A stretch of DNA of 53,074 nt from Rhodothermales bacterium (GTDB lineage: Bacteria > Bacteroidota > Rhodothermia > Rhodothermales > JABDKH01), in the NCBI GenBank assembly GCA_041589075.1, contig JBFHWK010000002.1, forward strand, positions 1 through 53,074. Direction: 5' to 3'. Under the pieces are notes generated by a model. The model was not told the DNA's origin. It made no database searches and saw nothing but the letters and a program-made list of their open reading frames with translations. Made by a program: the position numbers and the translations under genes. Shown here piece by piece: positions 42,530 through 52,798 of the stretch. The first letter of the stretch is position 1; every line of letters starts with the position of its first letter.

Positions 42530-45299
42530 GCGGGTGCCGGCCCCGGCCTCCCTGCGCTCTCGCTCGTGCTGCACGCGGCTGCGACTAGCTATCGTTGCAG
42601 GCACGACCGTCCTTCTCACTTTCGCAGTCAAGACTCCGCCCACGTTCGGCCAGGAAGCCGACACGACGGCTGCAGCGGACCTGCCAGTCGTCGAGACGCT
42701 CGCGGACACGGTGTCCATTCAACAGCGACCGACCGCACCTCCGGCGCCGGCAGAAGGTCAGTTGAAAAGTCCCGTCCGATTCGCCGCTCAGGACTCGCTC
42801 GTGCTCACACTTGACGAGGCCGATGGCGACGTCGGGCATCTTTTCGGATCGAGCAGGGTCGAGTACGAGAACACGACACTCGAGGCGGGCGGCATCGACA
42901 TTCTCTTCAAGATCAACGAGCTCCGTGCGTACGGATCGGATGCGGACACAGCGCGCACGAGCTGGCCCACGTTTAACCAGGGGTCCGATCGCTTCACAGG
43001 TCGGCGCATGGCGTACAACCTCTCGACGGAACGCGGCCGCGTGCTGGATGCGCGAACGGCATTCGAGGACGGTTTCATCCGAGCCGAAGTCGCAAAGGTC
43101 ACGGAAGACAGCACGCTGTATATCCTCAACGGCGTCTACACCACATGCGAATGCGTTGACGATCCCTCCTACTCCCTACGATCAGGGAAGATGAAAGTCG
43201 TTAACAAGAAGTGGGTATATACCGGTCCGATACAACTCTTCCTCTTCAGCATACCGATGCCGCTTTGGCTGCCGTTCGGCATCCTGCCGACAGTCGAGGG
43301 CCGGCGTTCAGGCCCGTTGCCACCACAGTACGGTGAAGATGAGTTCGGATTCTATCTCAAGGACTGGGGTTGGTACTGGGCGCTGAATGACTACACCGAC
43401 CTTCAATTGCGCACCGGAATCTGGAGCCGCGGAAGCGTTCGCGCAAGCACCCTATTCCGCTATAACAAACGATACGGTTTCAATGGCAGTCTCAACCTCG
43501 ATTTCGCACGGCTGCGACGCGGTGAGTCGGGCGACCCCGATTTCGAGATTCTTCGGACGGCTTCCATTCGCTGGAACCACTCGCAAACGCTGAATCCGAC
43601 CTCAAGCCTTACGTCGAACGTGGACCTTTCGACATCCGGTTACCTGCGCGCCGTCTCGGAGGCCTACGACGACCGTGTTAGACAGACTGTTGCTTCGACC
43701 GTGGCGTACCGAAAACGATGGCCGCGGGGCGGACGCAGCATGTCCGTCAACGTCAATCAACGCCAGTCTTTCGAGACCGGCAATGTCGACCTCACGATAC
43801 CGTCGCTCAGCTTCACTCAGAACACGAAGAAGCCGTTCCTTCGTAGCAACCGACGTCCCGGCCAGAGAGAGCAGTGGTACGAGAAGATATCCTACCGATA
43901 TTCGATGAACGCCTCGAATACGTACTCCTTCGTTCCACTGTCCGATGAGACGCTCCTGGCTCGCGGTGATACCGCGGCAACGGAGATAAGCTGGTACGAT
44001 GCGTTCTTCTCGACCGACAAGTATCGCCGGGCTACCGGCAATGACGAACAGTTCCGCTTTCGAGCATCGCACGACATACCTGTAACGGCTGCCTTTACGG
44101 TGACTCGCTTTCCTCTTCTGGGCAACATCCGCCTGAACATGTCGCCGAACGTGACCTATGACGAGGATTGGCTCATCAGGACAGAGCGACGTTCCGTGAC
44201 GGACTCAACGAACGCGGTCGTAACTGAATCCATTCCAGGCTTTTTCGCATTGCGACAGTTCTCGGCCGGGATTTCGACCAACACGACCTTCTACGGCATC
44301 TTCCCACTCGGCCTCGGCCCATACTCGGGACTGCGCCACACCGTGCGGCCGACCGTCTCGTTCAGCTATCAGCCCGACTTCTTCGACCCCAAGTGGGGAT
44401 ATACGCGGACTTACGCAGACACCACCGGCCGTGTGTTCGATTATGCGATCGTCAGCGGCGTGCGACGAGGCAAGCAGGAGGCGCTCAGCTATTCGATCTC
44501 CAACACATTCGAGACTAAACGACTGCCCAGCGACACAACGGCATCGGCGAGACCGCGAACGGTGAAGCTGCTCAACCTCGATGTTTCCAGCCGCTACAAT
44601 TTCGCCGCCGACTCGCTCAAGATGGGTGACATCAATTTGAGTGCACGTACGCGACTGCTCGGCTCGGTCGATGTCAATTTCAGGTCGACGTACTCGCCGT
44701 ATCGCGTGGATGCGAACGGTCGGGTGATCGACAAGTACGTTTTCAACCTGCGCGGATTCGACTTCGCCCGCCTCAGGCAGTTTTCGATCTCGGCCAGAAC
44801 ATCTCTACGCAGCCGTCAGCGCGGCCAGCGGCGTCCGGTAGAAAACCCGCGAGCAACTCCTGGCCCGCTCGACCCGACGCAGCCTTTCGACCCATCGCTT
44901 CGCCGGACAGCGCCAACATTCGGCGGCGCCTCATACAGTGACTTCTCAATCCCGTGGTCGCTGAGCGTAGACTTCACGTACGGCCTAACGCGAACGGGGG
45001 TCTCATCGACACGGCGTGCTATCGTCAACACAAGTATCGATTTCAATCTTACGCCGAATTGGAAAGTGTCTGCCCGGACCGGTTACGACTTCGAACGGAA
45101 GGAGCTGGTGACCACCAACATCGCCCTCTATCGAGACTTCGAGTGCTGGCAGATGTCGATCAACTGGATTCCCTTCGGGGATTTCCAGAGCTACGGCTTT
45201 GACCTGCACGTGAAGAGCGGGCACCTGGCGGAGCTGCTTCGGATCCGACAGCCGCGATCCGACGTTCGCGGAAGAATCTCGGGGCTAACAGGCTTCTAG
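42474..45299 (+). CDS. lptD: LptD-like LPS-assembly outer-membrane protein (long Bacteroidota type)
   Basis: About 940 aa. An OstA-like N-terminal domain (PVRFAAQDSLVLTLDE...SSRVEYENTTLEAGGIDILF) is followed by YILNGVYTTCECVDDPSYSLRSGKMKVVNKKWVYTGPIQLFLFSIPMPLWLPFG and a long beta-barrel. The start is ambiguous: ATG 42474 overlaps the ROK gene, and GTG 42534 lies just after the ROK stop. Confidence 0.72.
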   Translation: MSCRRIAWIAQPPDSNPRERVPAPASLRSRSCCTRLRLAIVAGTTVLLTFAVKTPPTFGQEADTTAAADLPVVETLADTVSIQQRPTAPPAPAEGQLKSPVRFAAQDSLVLTLDEADGDVGHLFGSSRVEYENTTLEAGGIDILFKINELRAYGSDADTARTSWPTFNQGSDRFTGRRMAYNLSTERGRVLDARTAFEDGFIRAEVAKVTEDSTLYILNGVYTTCECVDDPSYSLRSGKMKVVNKKWVYTGPIQLFLFSIPMPLWLPFGILPTVEGRRSGPLPPQYGEDEFGFYLKDWGWYWALNDYTDLQLRTGIWSRGSVRASTLFRYNKRYGFNGSLNLDFARLRRGESGDPDFEILRTASIRWNHSQTLNPTSSLTSNVDLSTSGYLRAVSEAYDDRVRQTVASTVAYRKRWPRGGRSMSVNVNQRQSFETGNVDLTIPSLSFTQNTKKPFLRSNRRPGQREQWYEKISYRYSMNASNTYSFVPLSDETLLARGDTAATEISWYDAFFSTDKYRRATGNDEQFRFRASHDIPVTAAFTVTRFPLLGNIRLNMSPNVTYDEDWLIRTERRSVTDSTNAVVTESIPGFFALRQFSAGISTNTTFYGIFPLGLGPYSGLRHTVRPTVSFSYQPDFFDPKWGYTRTYADTTGRVFDYAIVSGVRRGKQEALSYSISNTFETKRLPSDTTASARPRTVKLLNLDVSSRYNFAADSLKMGDINLSARTRLLGSVDVNFRSTYSPYRVDANGRVIDKYVFNLRGFDFARLRQFSISARTSLRSRQRGQRRPVENPRATPGPLDPTQPFDPSLRRTAPTFGGASYSDFSIPWSLSVDFTYGLTRTGVSSTRRAIVNTSIDFNLTPNWKVSARTGYDFERKELVTTNIALYRDFECWQMSINWIPFGDFQSYGFDLHVKSGHLAELLRIRQPRSDVRGRISGLTGF

Positions 45300-45721
45300 C
45301 GGCGGCTCGGCGTCTTTAACATCCAGGCGTTATCGACACGTTTGAAACCGAGATACTCGTAGAAGGAGGCTGACATGTTCGAGTCTCTCAGAACGAGTTC
45401 GGTACCGGCGCATCTTTCGAGAATTTTATTGAGGAGTGCCTTCCCCACGCCTGAGCGCTGTACGTCTGGCTCAACGGCGAGGTCACACAGGTAACTCTGC
45501 AGGACACCATCGGACAGAACACGGGCGATCCCGACGAGGTGGCCGTTCTGCCAGGCCGTAAACACATACGTTGACCGCTCGAACATATCCTGGACTCGTT
45601 TCGGGTCGCTCACGGGTCGTACGAGTGGAGCTCGCCGGAAAAGCGTCATGATTCGAGCCGGCGTCAGTCCCTCGAGACCTTCTCGGATTTCGACGCCCTC
45701 GCGTGCACCTTCAAATTTCAT
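45296..45721 (-). CDS. GNAT family N-acetyltransferase
   Basis: The ATG at 45721 gives a 141-aa protein. The acetyl-CoA binding block is GIARVLSDGVLQSYLCDLAVEPDVQRSGVGKALLNKILE...FYEYLGF. The track ORF extension to 45808 overlaps the upstream ABC gene. Confidence 0.85.
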   Translation of the reverse strand: MKFEGAREGVEIREGLEGLTPARIMTLFRRAPLVRPVSDPKRVQDMFERSTYVFTAWQNGHLVGIARVLSDGVLQSYLCDLAVEPDVQRSGVGKALLNKILERCAGTELVLRDSNMSASFYEYLGFKRVDNAWMLKTPSRR

Positions 45722-45785
45722 CGCTGGGTTTGCGGTTGACGATCTGTGACTCCTCTTTATACGCGGCCGGACCAATAGGGACCCA

Positions 45786-46850
45786 TCATCTCGCCGATGA
45801 ATCTTCAACCCACGTCCATCGATTAGCTACTACACGGCCCAGCGCACCACGTGGCGTATCGGGCGCTGTTCGGATCCGGATCTGGAGACTGGGAGTGTGG
45901 GCCGTGAGTTCGACGAATGGACCGAGGTATTGCTCGGCCTTTATTTCGACCTCCAGGCCCCCACCCGAAGGCGCTGGGCGAATCTCTTCGGGGCGCACGG
46001 CGAGGCAGCGTCCGGCTGGTGGGCTTTCACCAGTGAGCTTCCGAATCTCGTCGTCGCCGCGGATCAGGTTCGCGCCCCCCAGAAACTGCGCCACGAACGC
46101 CGACTTCGGCGAGTCGTATAGCTGCCGCGGCGTGCCGATTTCACGAAGCTTCCCGCTCTGCATCACAGCGATTCGGTCCGACAGTGCGAGAGCTTCCTCC
46201 TGATCGTGCGTGACGTAGATCGTCGTTATCCCGAGCCTGTGCTGCAGCTCTCTCAACTCCGCGCGTGTCCGCTCCCTTAAACCGACATCAAGATTGGACA
46301 GGGGCTCATCGAACAGCAGCACCTCAGGCTCGACGGCGAGCGCCCGCGCTACCGCGACTCTCTGCTGCTGCCCGCCCGACAACAGCGCAACGGGCCTCTC
46401 CTCCAGCTCGAGCAAGCCTACGCGCTCGAGTGTCTCCCGTACCCGACGACGCCGGTCCACCTTCGACCACCGCCGTACCCGCAGTCCATACTCCACGTTG
46501 CCACCGACAGTCATGGTCGGGAAGAGTGCATAGTTCTGAAACACCATTGCCGTCGGGCGCTTTTGCGGCGACAATCGTGTGACGTCCTTGCCGTGGACAA
46601 CGACGCGGCCCCGGTCCGGCGTCTCGAAACCGGCAACTATTCGCAGTAACGTGGTCTTACCACAACCGCTCGGGCCAAGCAGGGAGAAGAATTCACCCTC
46701 GCGAATTGAAAGCGTGACCTCGTCAACAGCAGGCGTATCACCGAAGTGCTTGACTACTGATTCAAGGCGGATGCCGTCCTCCCCACCGACGGCTTCGACC
46801 TGGTCTGTCGTGTCTCGAGACATTTTGCTCGTGATGCCGACGGCCGGCAT
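45786..46850 (-). CDS. ABC transporter ATP-binding protein (PotA/FbpC/MalK-type importer ATPase with a TOBE-like tail)
   Basis: 354 aa with Walker A GPSGCGKTT, Q-loop VFQNYALFP, signature LSGGQQQRVAVARAL, Walker B LLFDEPLSNLD and H-loop VTHDQ. Its start ATG overlaps the sucC stop (ATGA at 46850); an alternative ATG lies at 46823. Confidence 0.9.
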   Translation of the reverse strand: MPAVGITSKMSRDTTDQVEAVGGEDGIRLESVVKHFGDTPAVDEVTLSIREGEFFSLLGPSGCGKTTLLRIVAGFETPDRGRVVVHGKDVTRLSPQKRPTAMVFQNYALFPTMTVGGNVEYGLRVRRWSKVDRRRRVRETLERVGLLELEERPVALLSGGQQQRVAVARALAVEPEVLLFDEPLSNLDVGLRERTRAELRELQHRLGITTIYVTHDQEEALALSDRIAVMQSGKLREIGTPRQLYDSPKSAFVAQFLGGANLIRGDDEIRKLTGESPPAGRCLAVRPEEIRPAPSGGGLEVEIKAEQYLGPFVELTAHTPSLQIRIRTAPDTPRGALGRVVANRWTWVEDSSAR

Positions 46851-48034
46851 CAGGCCACGAGCTCTTCCAGCGCGGCGTTCACGCGCTCGGCAGCCTCGCG
46901 GAACAGGATTGCGGTCTCAATCTTCAGACCGCTCTCCTGCAAGATTTTCTTTCCCTCCTCGGCATTCGTACCCTGAAGGCGCACGATTAACGGAAGCGTG
47001 ATCTTGACATTGTTGGCCGCCTCGACGATTCCCCGTGCGACGCGATCACACCGCACGATACCGCCGAAGATGTTGACGAGGATCGCCTTGACGTTGGGGT
47101 CCTTGAGGATGATGCGGAAACCGGCCTCGACCGTTTCTGGGCTGGCGCCTCCGCCGACATCAAGAAAGTTGGCAGGCTCTCCTCCCGCAAGCTTTATAAG
47201 GTCCATCGTCGCCATCGCAAGGCCTGCTCCGTTCACCATACAGCCGACGTTGCCGTCCAGTTTGACATAGTTGAGTCCGAACTCGCTGGACTCTACTTCG
47301 AGCGGATCTTCCTCGTGAATGTCACGCAGCTCGGCGAGGTCGCCGTGACGAAAAAGGGCGTTGTCGTCCAGATTGATCTTCGCATCGATGGCGAGTATGC
47401 GGCCCTGCTTTGTTCGAACCAAGGGATTGATCTCCGCCAGCGAACAGTCTGTCTCTACAAAGGCCTTGTAGAGTAGCGTGATAAAGCGAACAGCCTGTTT
47501 GAAGGCGGCGCCTTGCAGGCCCAAGCTAAAGGCCAACCTACGCGCCTGAAAAGGGCGCAGGCCAATCGCAGGATCGACGTACTCTTTGAGAATCTTCTCC
47601 GGGTTCTCGGCGGCAACCTTCTCGATCTCTACGCCACCTTCGGTCGAGACCATGATGACGTTTTGACTTGTCTGCCGATCGAGCGTAACGCCCACGTAGT
47701 ACTCCTGGGCGATGTCCACCGCTTCCGCCACCAGGACCTTGCGGACCTTTTGTCCCTCGGGACCGGTCTGGTGGGTCTTCAACATCATGCCGAGTATTTC
47801 GCCGGCCTTTTCTCGAACACCGTCCACACCACGAGCAAGCTTCACGCCGCCGCCTTTGCCCCGGCCACCGGCATGAATCTGGGCTTTGACGACAAAGAGA
47901 TCGGAACCGTGGTTCGCATGCAGCTTTTCGGCGGCTGCAACCGCCTCCTCGACGGTCGTCGCGACCTCACCCGGTTGCGTCTCCACGCCAAATGATGCAA
48001 GTATTTCTCGTCCCTGGTACTCGTGTAGCTTCAT
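46850..48034 (-). CDS. sucC: succinate--CoA ligase (ADP-forming) beta subunit
   Basis: The ATG at 48034 gives [17 protein letters not shown]..., the canonical SucC N-terminus. ATP-grasp blocks [19 protein letters not shown] and [18 protein letters not shown] are present. The 57-aa extension in the track ORF is spurious. Confidence 0.95.
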   Translation of the reverse strand: MKLHEYQGREILASFGVETQPGEVATTVEEAVAAAEKLHANHGSDLFVVKAQIHAGGRGKGGGVKLARGVDGVREKAGEILGMMLKTHQTGPEGQKVRKVLVAEAVDIAQEYYVGVTLDRQTSQNVIMVSTEGGVEIEKVAAENPEKILKEYVDPAIGLRPFQARRLAFSLGLQGAAFKQAVRFITLLYKAFVETDCSLAEINPLVRTKQGRILAIDAKINLDDNALFRHGDLAELRDIHEEDPLEVESSEFGLNYVKLDGNVGCMVNGAGLAMATMDLIKLAGGEPANFLDVGGGASPETVEAGFRIILKDPNVKAILVNIFGGIVRCDRVARGIVEAANNVKITLPLIVRLQGTNAEEGKKILQESGLKIETAILFREAAERVNAALEELVA

Positions 48035-48155
48035 TAGGCCGTATCTTTGAAATGAGTTGCGCGTCAAATTACGGTCTGGTTCCGCAAACAATCCACCGGC
48101 CCGCGCGGGCTCCTGTCCCGTACGCTTGCCTTCCCACCTTTTTCTTACGCGTTCG

Positions 48156-49244
48156 ATGCTCACGACCTTTGACCGGCACGTGCTGGCCCGATTTGCGATC
48201 AGCATCTTCGTCCTAGTTACCGCGCTTGTGGTCTTCTACATCGTGCTCGATTACGTCGAACACATCGACGATTTCATGGACCGTGGCGCCCGAATGCGCG
48301 AGGTGTTTCTGATCTACTACCCGAGCTACATCCCCGAGATGGTCAAGCTGATTTCGCCACTCGCGGTGTTCATGTCGTGTGTTTACCTCACCGGCCGCCT
48401 CGCCCAACAACGACAGATCAGTGCACTTCAAACCAGCGGAGTTTCGTTGCAGCGATTGATGGTGCCGTTTCTGCTTGTCGGTCTGATCGTTACCAGCGCA
48501 ATGTTCTGGTTCAACGGATGGGTCGTCCCGAAAAGTAACGTGCTTCGGCTTGACTTCGAGGAGCGGTACTTGAAGGAAGCACCGAGGCAGATAGACACGA
48601 ATGACATACATCGTCAGGAAAGACCGGGTACAATTATCTCGGTCGCCTATTTCGATCGGCGTTCGAACGTCGGCCACCGTGCCTCGCTGCAGCGGTTCGA
48701 GGAGGGTGAGCGACTCGCCGAACGCATAGACGCGGCCCGCATCCAGTGGATCGACTCACTCAGTACCTGGCGGTTTCAGGCGGCCGTGAGGCGAACCTTT
48801 AGCTTGGACGGGTCCGAACATCGAATCGTGGTGCCGGTTCTGGACACCACACTCAATGTCTTTCCCCGTGACTTTGCTCGGACCGAGAAGGACGTCGAGT
48901 CGATGACCATTCCGGCCGCGGAGGAGTACATCGAGTCGTTGCGCCGCGCCGGCGCGGACAACCTCGGACGAGCGAAAGTGGAATACTACTCGAAGTTCAC
49001 GTACCCGCTCGCGAACCTCATTCTGGTTTTGATCGGGTTCCCGCTGGCGTCCGTGCGGCGGCGCGGCGGTCAGGCGGTGCAGATCGCCATCGGTCTGCTG
49101 ACGGCGTTCGTCTATCTGGCCGTGATGAAGTTCACCGAACCTTTCGGGTATACCGAGGCCCTTTCACCCGCACTTGCGGCCTGGCTTCCGCACATCGTAT
49201 TTCTGACCTTGGGACTGGTCGTACTGGTACGCACGCGCAAGTAG
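48156..49244 (+). CDS. LptF/LptG family permease (YjgP/YjgQ)
   Basis: The ATG at 48156 gives [40 protein letters not shown]..., the typical LptF/G start. There is a periplasmic beta-jellyroll insert and C-terminal TMs ([16 protein letters not shown]). Confidence 0.85.
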   Translation: MLTTFDRHVLARFAISIFVLVTALVVFYIVLDYVEHIDDFMDRGARMREVFLIYYPSYIPEMVKLISPLAVFMSCVYLTGRLAQQRQISALQTSGVSLQRLMVPFLLVGLIVTSAMFWFNGWVVPKSNVLRLDFEERYLKEAPRQIDTNDIHRQERPGTIISVAYFDRRSNVGHRASLQRFEEGERLAERIDAARIQWIDSLSTWRFQAAVRRTFSLDGSEHRIVVPVLDTTLNVFPRDFARTEKDVESMTIPAAEEYIESLRRAGADNLGRAKVEYYSKFTYPLANLILVLIGFPLASVRRRGGQAVQIAIGLLTAFVYLAVMKFTEPFGYTEALSPALAAWLPHIVFLTLGLVVLVRTRK

Positions 49245-49249
49245 AAACG

Positions 49250-49573
49250 TCAGGCCTCTCCACTGGGGCCGCCGAACTGGATCGGTTGTCCCGGAGGCGT
49301 TCGCTCGATGATCTCCCCGTGACTGCGCTCGTAGCGCTCGATATTCTCAGCTAACGCGTTCAGCAATCGCCGAGCATGCTGGGGCGTTACGATTATCCGG
49401 CTCTTGACGCGAGCTTTCGGGACGCCGGGCATCACCCGAATGAAATCGAGAATGAACTCTTCCGGCGAGTGGGCGATCATGACAAGGTTCGAATAGACCC
49501 CCTCAGCGACATCCTCGCTCAGCTCGATATTGAGTTGTGACTGCGCTCCCGCTCCTTTGTCGTTGCTGTTCAT
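49250..49573 (-). CDS. DUF3467 family protein
   Basis: 107 aa. The block LNIELSEDVAEGVYSNLVMIAHSPEEFILDFIRVMPGVPKARVKSRIIVTPQHARRLLNALAENIERYE matches my recollection of the DUF3467 consensus. Its start overlaps the upstream stop (ATGA). Confidence 0.75.
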   Translation of the reverse strand: MNSNDKGAGAQSQLNIELSEDVAEGVYSNLVMIAHSPEEFILDFIRVMPGVPKARVKSRIIVTPQHARRLLNALAENIERYERSHGEIIERTPPGQPIQFGGPSGEA

Positions 49574-50991
49574 GGTCCTACCGTTGAGTTCCCATTCGCA
49601 CCGTTACGGCCCGCACTTGCGAGCGTTTTGATGAGATCGGACTTGGTGATGATTTCGAATTGTCCGCCTGCGCCGGAGGCCACCAGAACGGCACCGTTGC
49701 TATCGTCCAGCATGGCAGAAAGCTCAGTGAGCTCAAGGTGACGCGACACGAGTGGGAAAGGCTCACCCATTACGATGCGAACGGCCTCCAGGCGGGCACC
49801 TGGATGTGCAATGAGATGGTTGAGTATGGCCGTTTCCGTCACGCTACCCACAACCCTCTCGTCCTCGATGACCGGCAGCTGGGACAGGCCGTGCTCGCTC
49901 ATGCAGGCAATCGCATCGCCAAGTGAATCCCCCGGTGCGACCGAGTAGACTTTGCTTCCTCGACGCAGTTTGAGGAGACGGTCTACCGTCATATCGACCG
50001 GATCATCCAAGAAGCCGTGACCCCGCATCCAGTCATCGTTATAGGTCTTGCGGAGGTATCGAAACCCCGAATCAGGGAAGATCACAACGACCACGTCATC
50101 CGCCTTCACTTGCGAGGCATTAGCCCTCAGCCAGTCCATCGTTCCGGCTGTGACCATTCCGCATGACTGTCCAACGAACAACCCCTCCTCGCGCGCGAGC
50201 CGCCGCGTCATCTTCATTGCGGTCTTGTCATCGACACGCACGTAGTCGTCGACCATGTCGAAGTTCATGTTTCCCGCAAGGATGTCTTCGCCTACACCTT
50301 CGGTGATATACGGATAGATCTCGTTCTCGTCGAAGACTCGCTCGTGAAAGTACTTGTAGTAGACGGAACCGTACGGATCCACTCCGATTGCCTTCACGTT
50401 CGGGTTTCGCTCTTTAAGGTAACGCATTGTGCCCGATACGGTACCGCCGGTTCCAGATCCGACAACGAGGTGGGTGACACGCCCTTCCGTCTGTTCCCAG
50501 ATCTCGGGGCCGGTCGTTTCGTAGTGCGCCTGTTCGTTGGCCGGGTTGTCGTACTGGTTCAGATGCACCGAATTCGGAATCTCTTCGGCCAGTCGGCGGG
50601 CTACCGAGTAGTAGGATCGCGGATCGTCGGCCGCGACGTTGGTGGGACACACCCGGACCTCGGCACCGAGGGCTCTGAGCACGTCGATCTTTTCCTGGCT
50701 TTGCTTGTCGGTTGTCGTGAAGATGCACTTGTACCCCATTGCGATCGCTGCAAGCGCCACGCCGGCCCCCGTATTGCCACTGGTGCCCTCAATGATGGTA
50801 CCGCCCGGGGTGACGTCCCCTTTTTCGACCGCCGCCTTGAGCATCGCTACGCCGATTCGGTCCTTGACCGAACCCGCCGGATTGAAGTACTCAACCTTGG
50901 CCAGCACGGTGCACGGAGCCCCCGCGGCGACCCGATTCAGCCGTACCAGCGGCGTATTGCCTATGGTCCCGAGAATGTTCTCGTGCCACAT
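49570..50991 (-). CDS. PLP-dependent cysteine synthase/cystathionine beta-synthase with a C-terminal CBS-domain pair
   Basis: The ATG at 50991 gives MWHENILGTIGNTPLVRLNRV...EYFNPAGSVKDRIG (PLP lysine)...EGTSGNTGAGVA...VVGSGTGGTVSG. About 130 aa of CBS-pair sequence follow (VYSVAPGDSLGDAIACMSEHGLSQLPVIED...). Confidence 0.88.
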   Translation of the reverse strand: MWHENILGTIGNTPLVRLNRVAAGAPCTVLAKVEYFNPAGSVKDRIGVAMLKAAVEKGDVTPGGTIIEGTSGNTGAGVALAAIAMGYKCIFTTTDKQSQEKIDVLRALGAEVRVCPTNVAADDPRSYYSVARRLAEEIPNSVHLNQYDNPANEQAHYETTGPEIWEQTEGRVTHLVVGSGTGGTVSGTMRYLKERNPNVKAIGVDPYGSVYYKYFHERVFDENEIYPYITEGVGEDILAGNMNFDMVDDYVRVDDKTAMKMTRRLAREEGLFVGQSCGMVTAGTMDWLRANASQVKADDVVVVIFPDSGFRYLRKTYNDDWMRGHGFLDDPVDMTVDRLLKLRRGSKVYSVAPGDSLGDAIACMSEHGLSQLPVIEDERVVGSVTETAILNHLIAHPGARLEAVRIVMGEPFPLVSRHLELTELSAMLDDSNGAVLVASGAGGQFEIITKSDLIKTLASAGRNGANGNSTVGP

Positions 50992-51141
50992 TCGACGTAT
51001 ACCTATGCGTAAATTGCTTAAATTCCCGTGCCTCACGAATAAACTTGAATCCCGCCAGTTTGTTGTCGCGAGGATGCGGGCGGTCCCAAACGGTGCCGCG
51101 CAAGCCTCCGGCGGCGTCCCAATCTAGTGCAGAACTCCGTG

Positions 51142-52623
51142 ATGGAGGCGGCCGAAACATCACTTGCGCTCGAGCCCGAGCTCATCGTAGCCACCTTCCT
51201 GCCGTCGACCGAATTGTCGTCGCACAATCCAGCGTGGGAGTCGGTATTTGGCGGCGCGCAACAAGTCTGGGACCGACTGCCGGTCCAGGACCGGCCGCTG
51301 ATCCGGAGCTACCTGACCGGAGCCGCGGCGGGAAAAATGGCCACCAACCGCCTCTTCATGGTTAAGCACCCGGCTCGGGACCAGCCGCTTCCCGTCCTGC
51401 TGCACTTCCTGCCCGTCGTTCTGCCCCGCGGCGAGTCCGCCTCGACCGCCGCCGTCATAGTCACAGGTGAAGTGCTGGCCGAGCCGACGTCGTGGATGCT
51501 CAGCCAGACGGAACGGCACCGCATGGAAACACTCGGGCGCATGACGATGGGGATAATCCACGACTTCAACAATCTGCTCAGCGCCATCCTGGGACACACC
51601 GAACTCTTGAAGCGAATTGCCGCTGAGGAACCGCATTTCGAGGTGGCGCGCGAGCACCTTGCAACAATGGAAACAGCCTCGCTGGACGGCGCCGCTCTCG
51701 TCCGCAAGATCCAGCAGTATCTTCGACAGGAGCGCGACCGAGAGTTCGAAGTTGTGGACCTACGTAGAATTATCGAGGACTCGGTGGCCTTGACGCGTCC
51801 GTACTGGTATAACGAGCCGCGCCGGCAAGGCATTCAGATCGACACGGTCACTGAGTTCGAGGATATCCCGAGCATACTCGGTGCGCCGTCCGAACTTCGG
51901 GACGTGTTTGTTAACCTGATCCTCAACGCCGTGCAAGCCCTTCCACAGGGCGGTCACATCGCGATACGGACGGCGGTTGGAGCGGAAGGACTGGTACGTG
52001 TCGAGTTTTCCGATAACGGAACAGGTATGACCGACCGCGTTCGCGCGCGGATCTTCGAGCCGATGTTTACAACCAAGGGAAAGCGAGGAACAGGCATGGG
52101 GCTTGCCGTCTGTTACAGCACCGTTCAGGAGCATGACGGCGACATCACGGTGGACACAAGTCTGGGTTTCGGAACAACGTTCACCCTGACGTTTCCGCCC
52201 GCAGCAGCGCGGCTCAGTGAAACGGCGTCCACCAAAGAGGATATGCGTCGTCGGTCGGCCCGGATACTTGTCGTCGACGACGAGCCGATGGTTCGCAACG
52301 TCATTGCAAAGCTTATGTCACGACGCGGACACGAGGTTGTCGAAGCCGGATCGGGACCCGAGGCAATTCAACGGTGTAAGGATCGTCACTTTGATATCGT
52401 TTTTACCGACCAAGGCATGCCCGACATGTCGGGCCGCGAGCTGGCGTCTAATATTCGCAAGTTCTTGCCCGATACGCCCATCGTCTTGTTGACCGGCGAT
52501 ACGGACGCAGGGGAGCCGGACCGCAGTGTCACCCTTGTTCTGACCAAGCCGTGCAGGTCAGAAGCACTCGAGGCCGCAGTACAGGACCTGCTGATGCCGT
52601 CAACGGCCGAAGGGGCCGGCTGA
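51142..52623 (+). CDS. hybrid sensor histidine kinase/response regulator
   Basis: H-box GIIHDFNNLLSAILGHTELL, N-box LILNAVQAL, G-boxes FSDNGTGM and GTGMGLAV. A receiver domain follows (ILVVDDEPMVRNVI...DIVFTDQGMPDMSG...LTKP). An alternative GTG start lies at 51127. No TM segment is seen, so it is probably cytoplasmic. Confidence 0.9.
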   Translation: MEAAETSLALEPELIVATFLPSTELSSHNPAWESVFGGAQQVWDRLPVQDRPLIRSYLTGAAAGKMATNRLFMVKHPARDQPLPVLLHFLPVVLPRGESASTAAVIVTGEVLAEPTSWMLSQTERHRMETLGRMTMGIIHDFNNLLSAILGHTELLKRIAAEEPHFEVAREHLATMETASLDGAALVRKIQQYLRQERDREFEVVDLRRIIEDSVALTRPYWYNEPRRQGIQIDTVTEFEDIPSILGAPSELRDVFVNLILNAVQALPQGGHIAIRTAVGAEGLVRVEFSDNGTGMTDRVRARIFEPMFTTKGKRGTGMGLAVCYSTVQEHDGDITVDTSLGFGTTFTLTFPPAAARLSETASTKEDMRRRSARILVVDDEPMVRNVIAKLMSRRGHEVVEAGSGPEAIQRCKDRHFDIVFTDQGMPDMSGRELASNIRKFLPDTPIVLLTGDTDAGEPDRSVTLVLTKPCRSEALEAAVQDLLMPSTAEGAG

Positions 52624-52798
52624 CGCCCGTTTTCGCCCCCCAACCCGACACAATGGCAGTCCGGTCAGTTGGCCTGGTTTTTGAGATTTCAGCCACTCCG
52701 GTGGCCCTGAGTCGCCTTACCCTCCTAACCCAGCGCTCGCGGGCGCTACGACCACTGTTCGCGTGATTCCGACTTTGATCTCGAACCATTCGCTTTGG

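Noticed and set aside
50344-51012. 222-aa plus-strand ORF, plus the 50639-51127 ORF
   Set aside because: Both are antisense to the PLP cysteine synthase/CBS gene and have no motifs.
50992-51126. Possible SAM or other riboswitch in the leader of the cysteine synthase/CBS gene
   Set aside because: The ~135-nt spacer, read on the minus strand, shows none of the conserved SAM-I/SAM-II core sequences I can recall. It is more simply a divergent promoter region shared with the histidine kinase gene.
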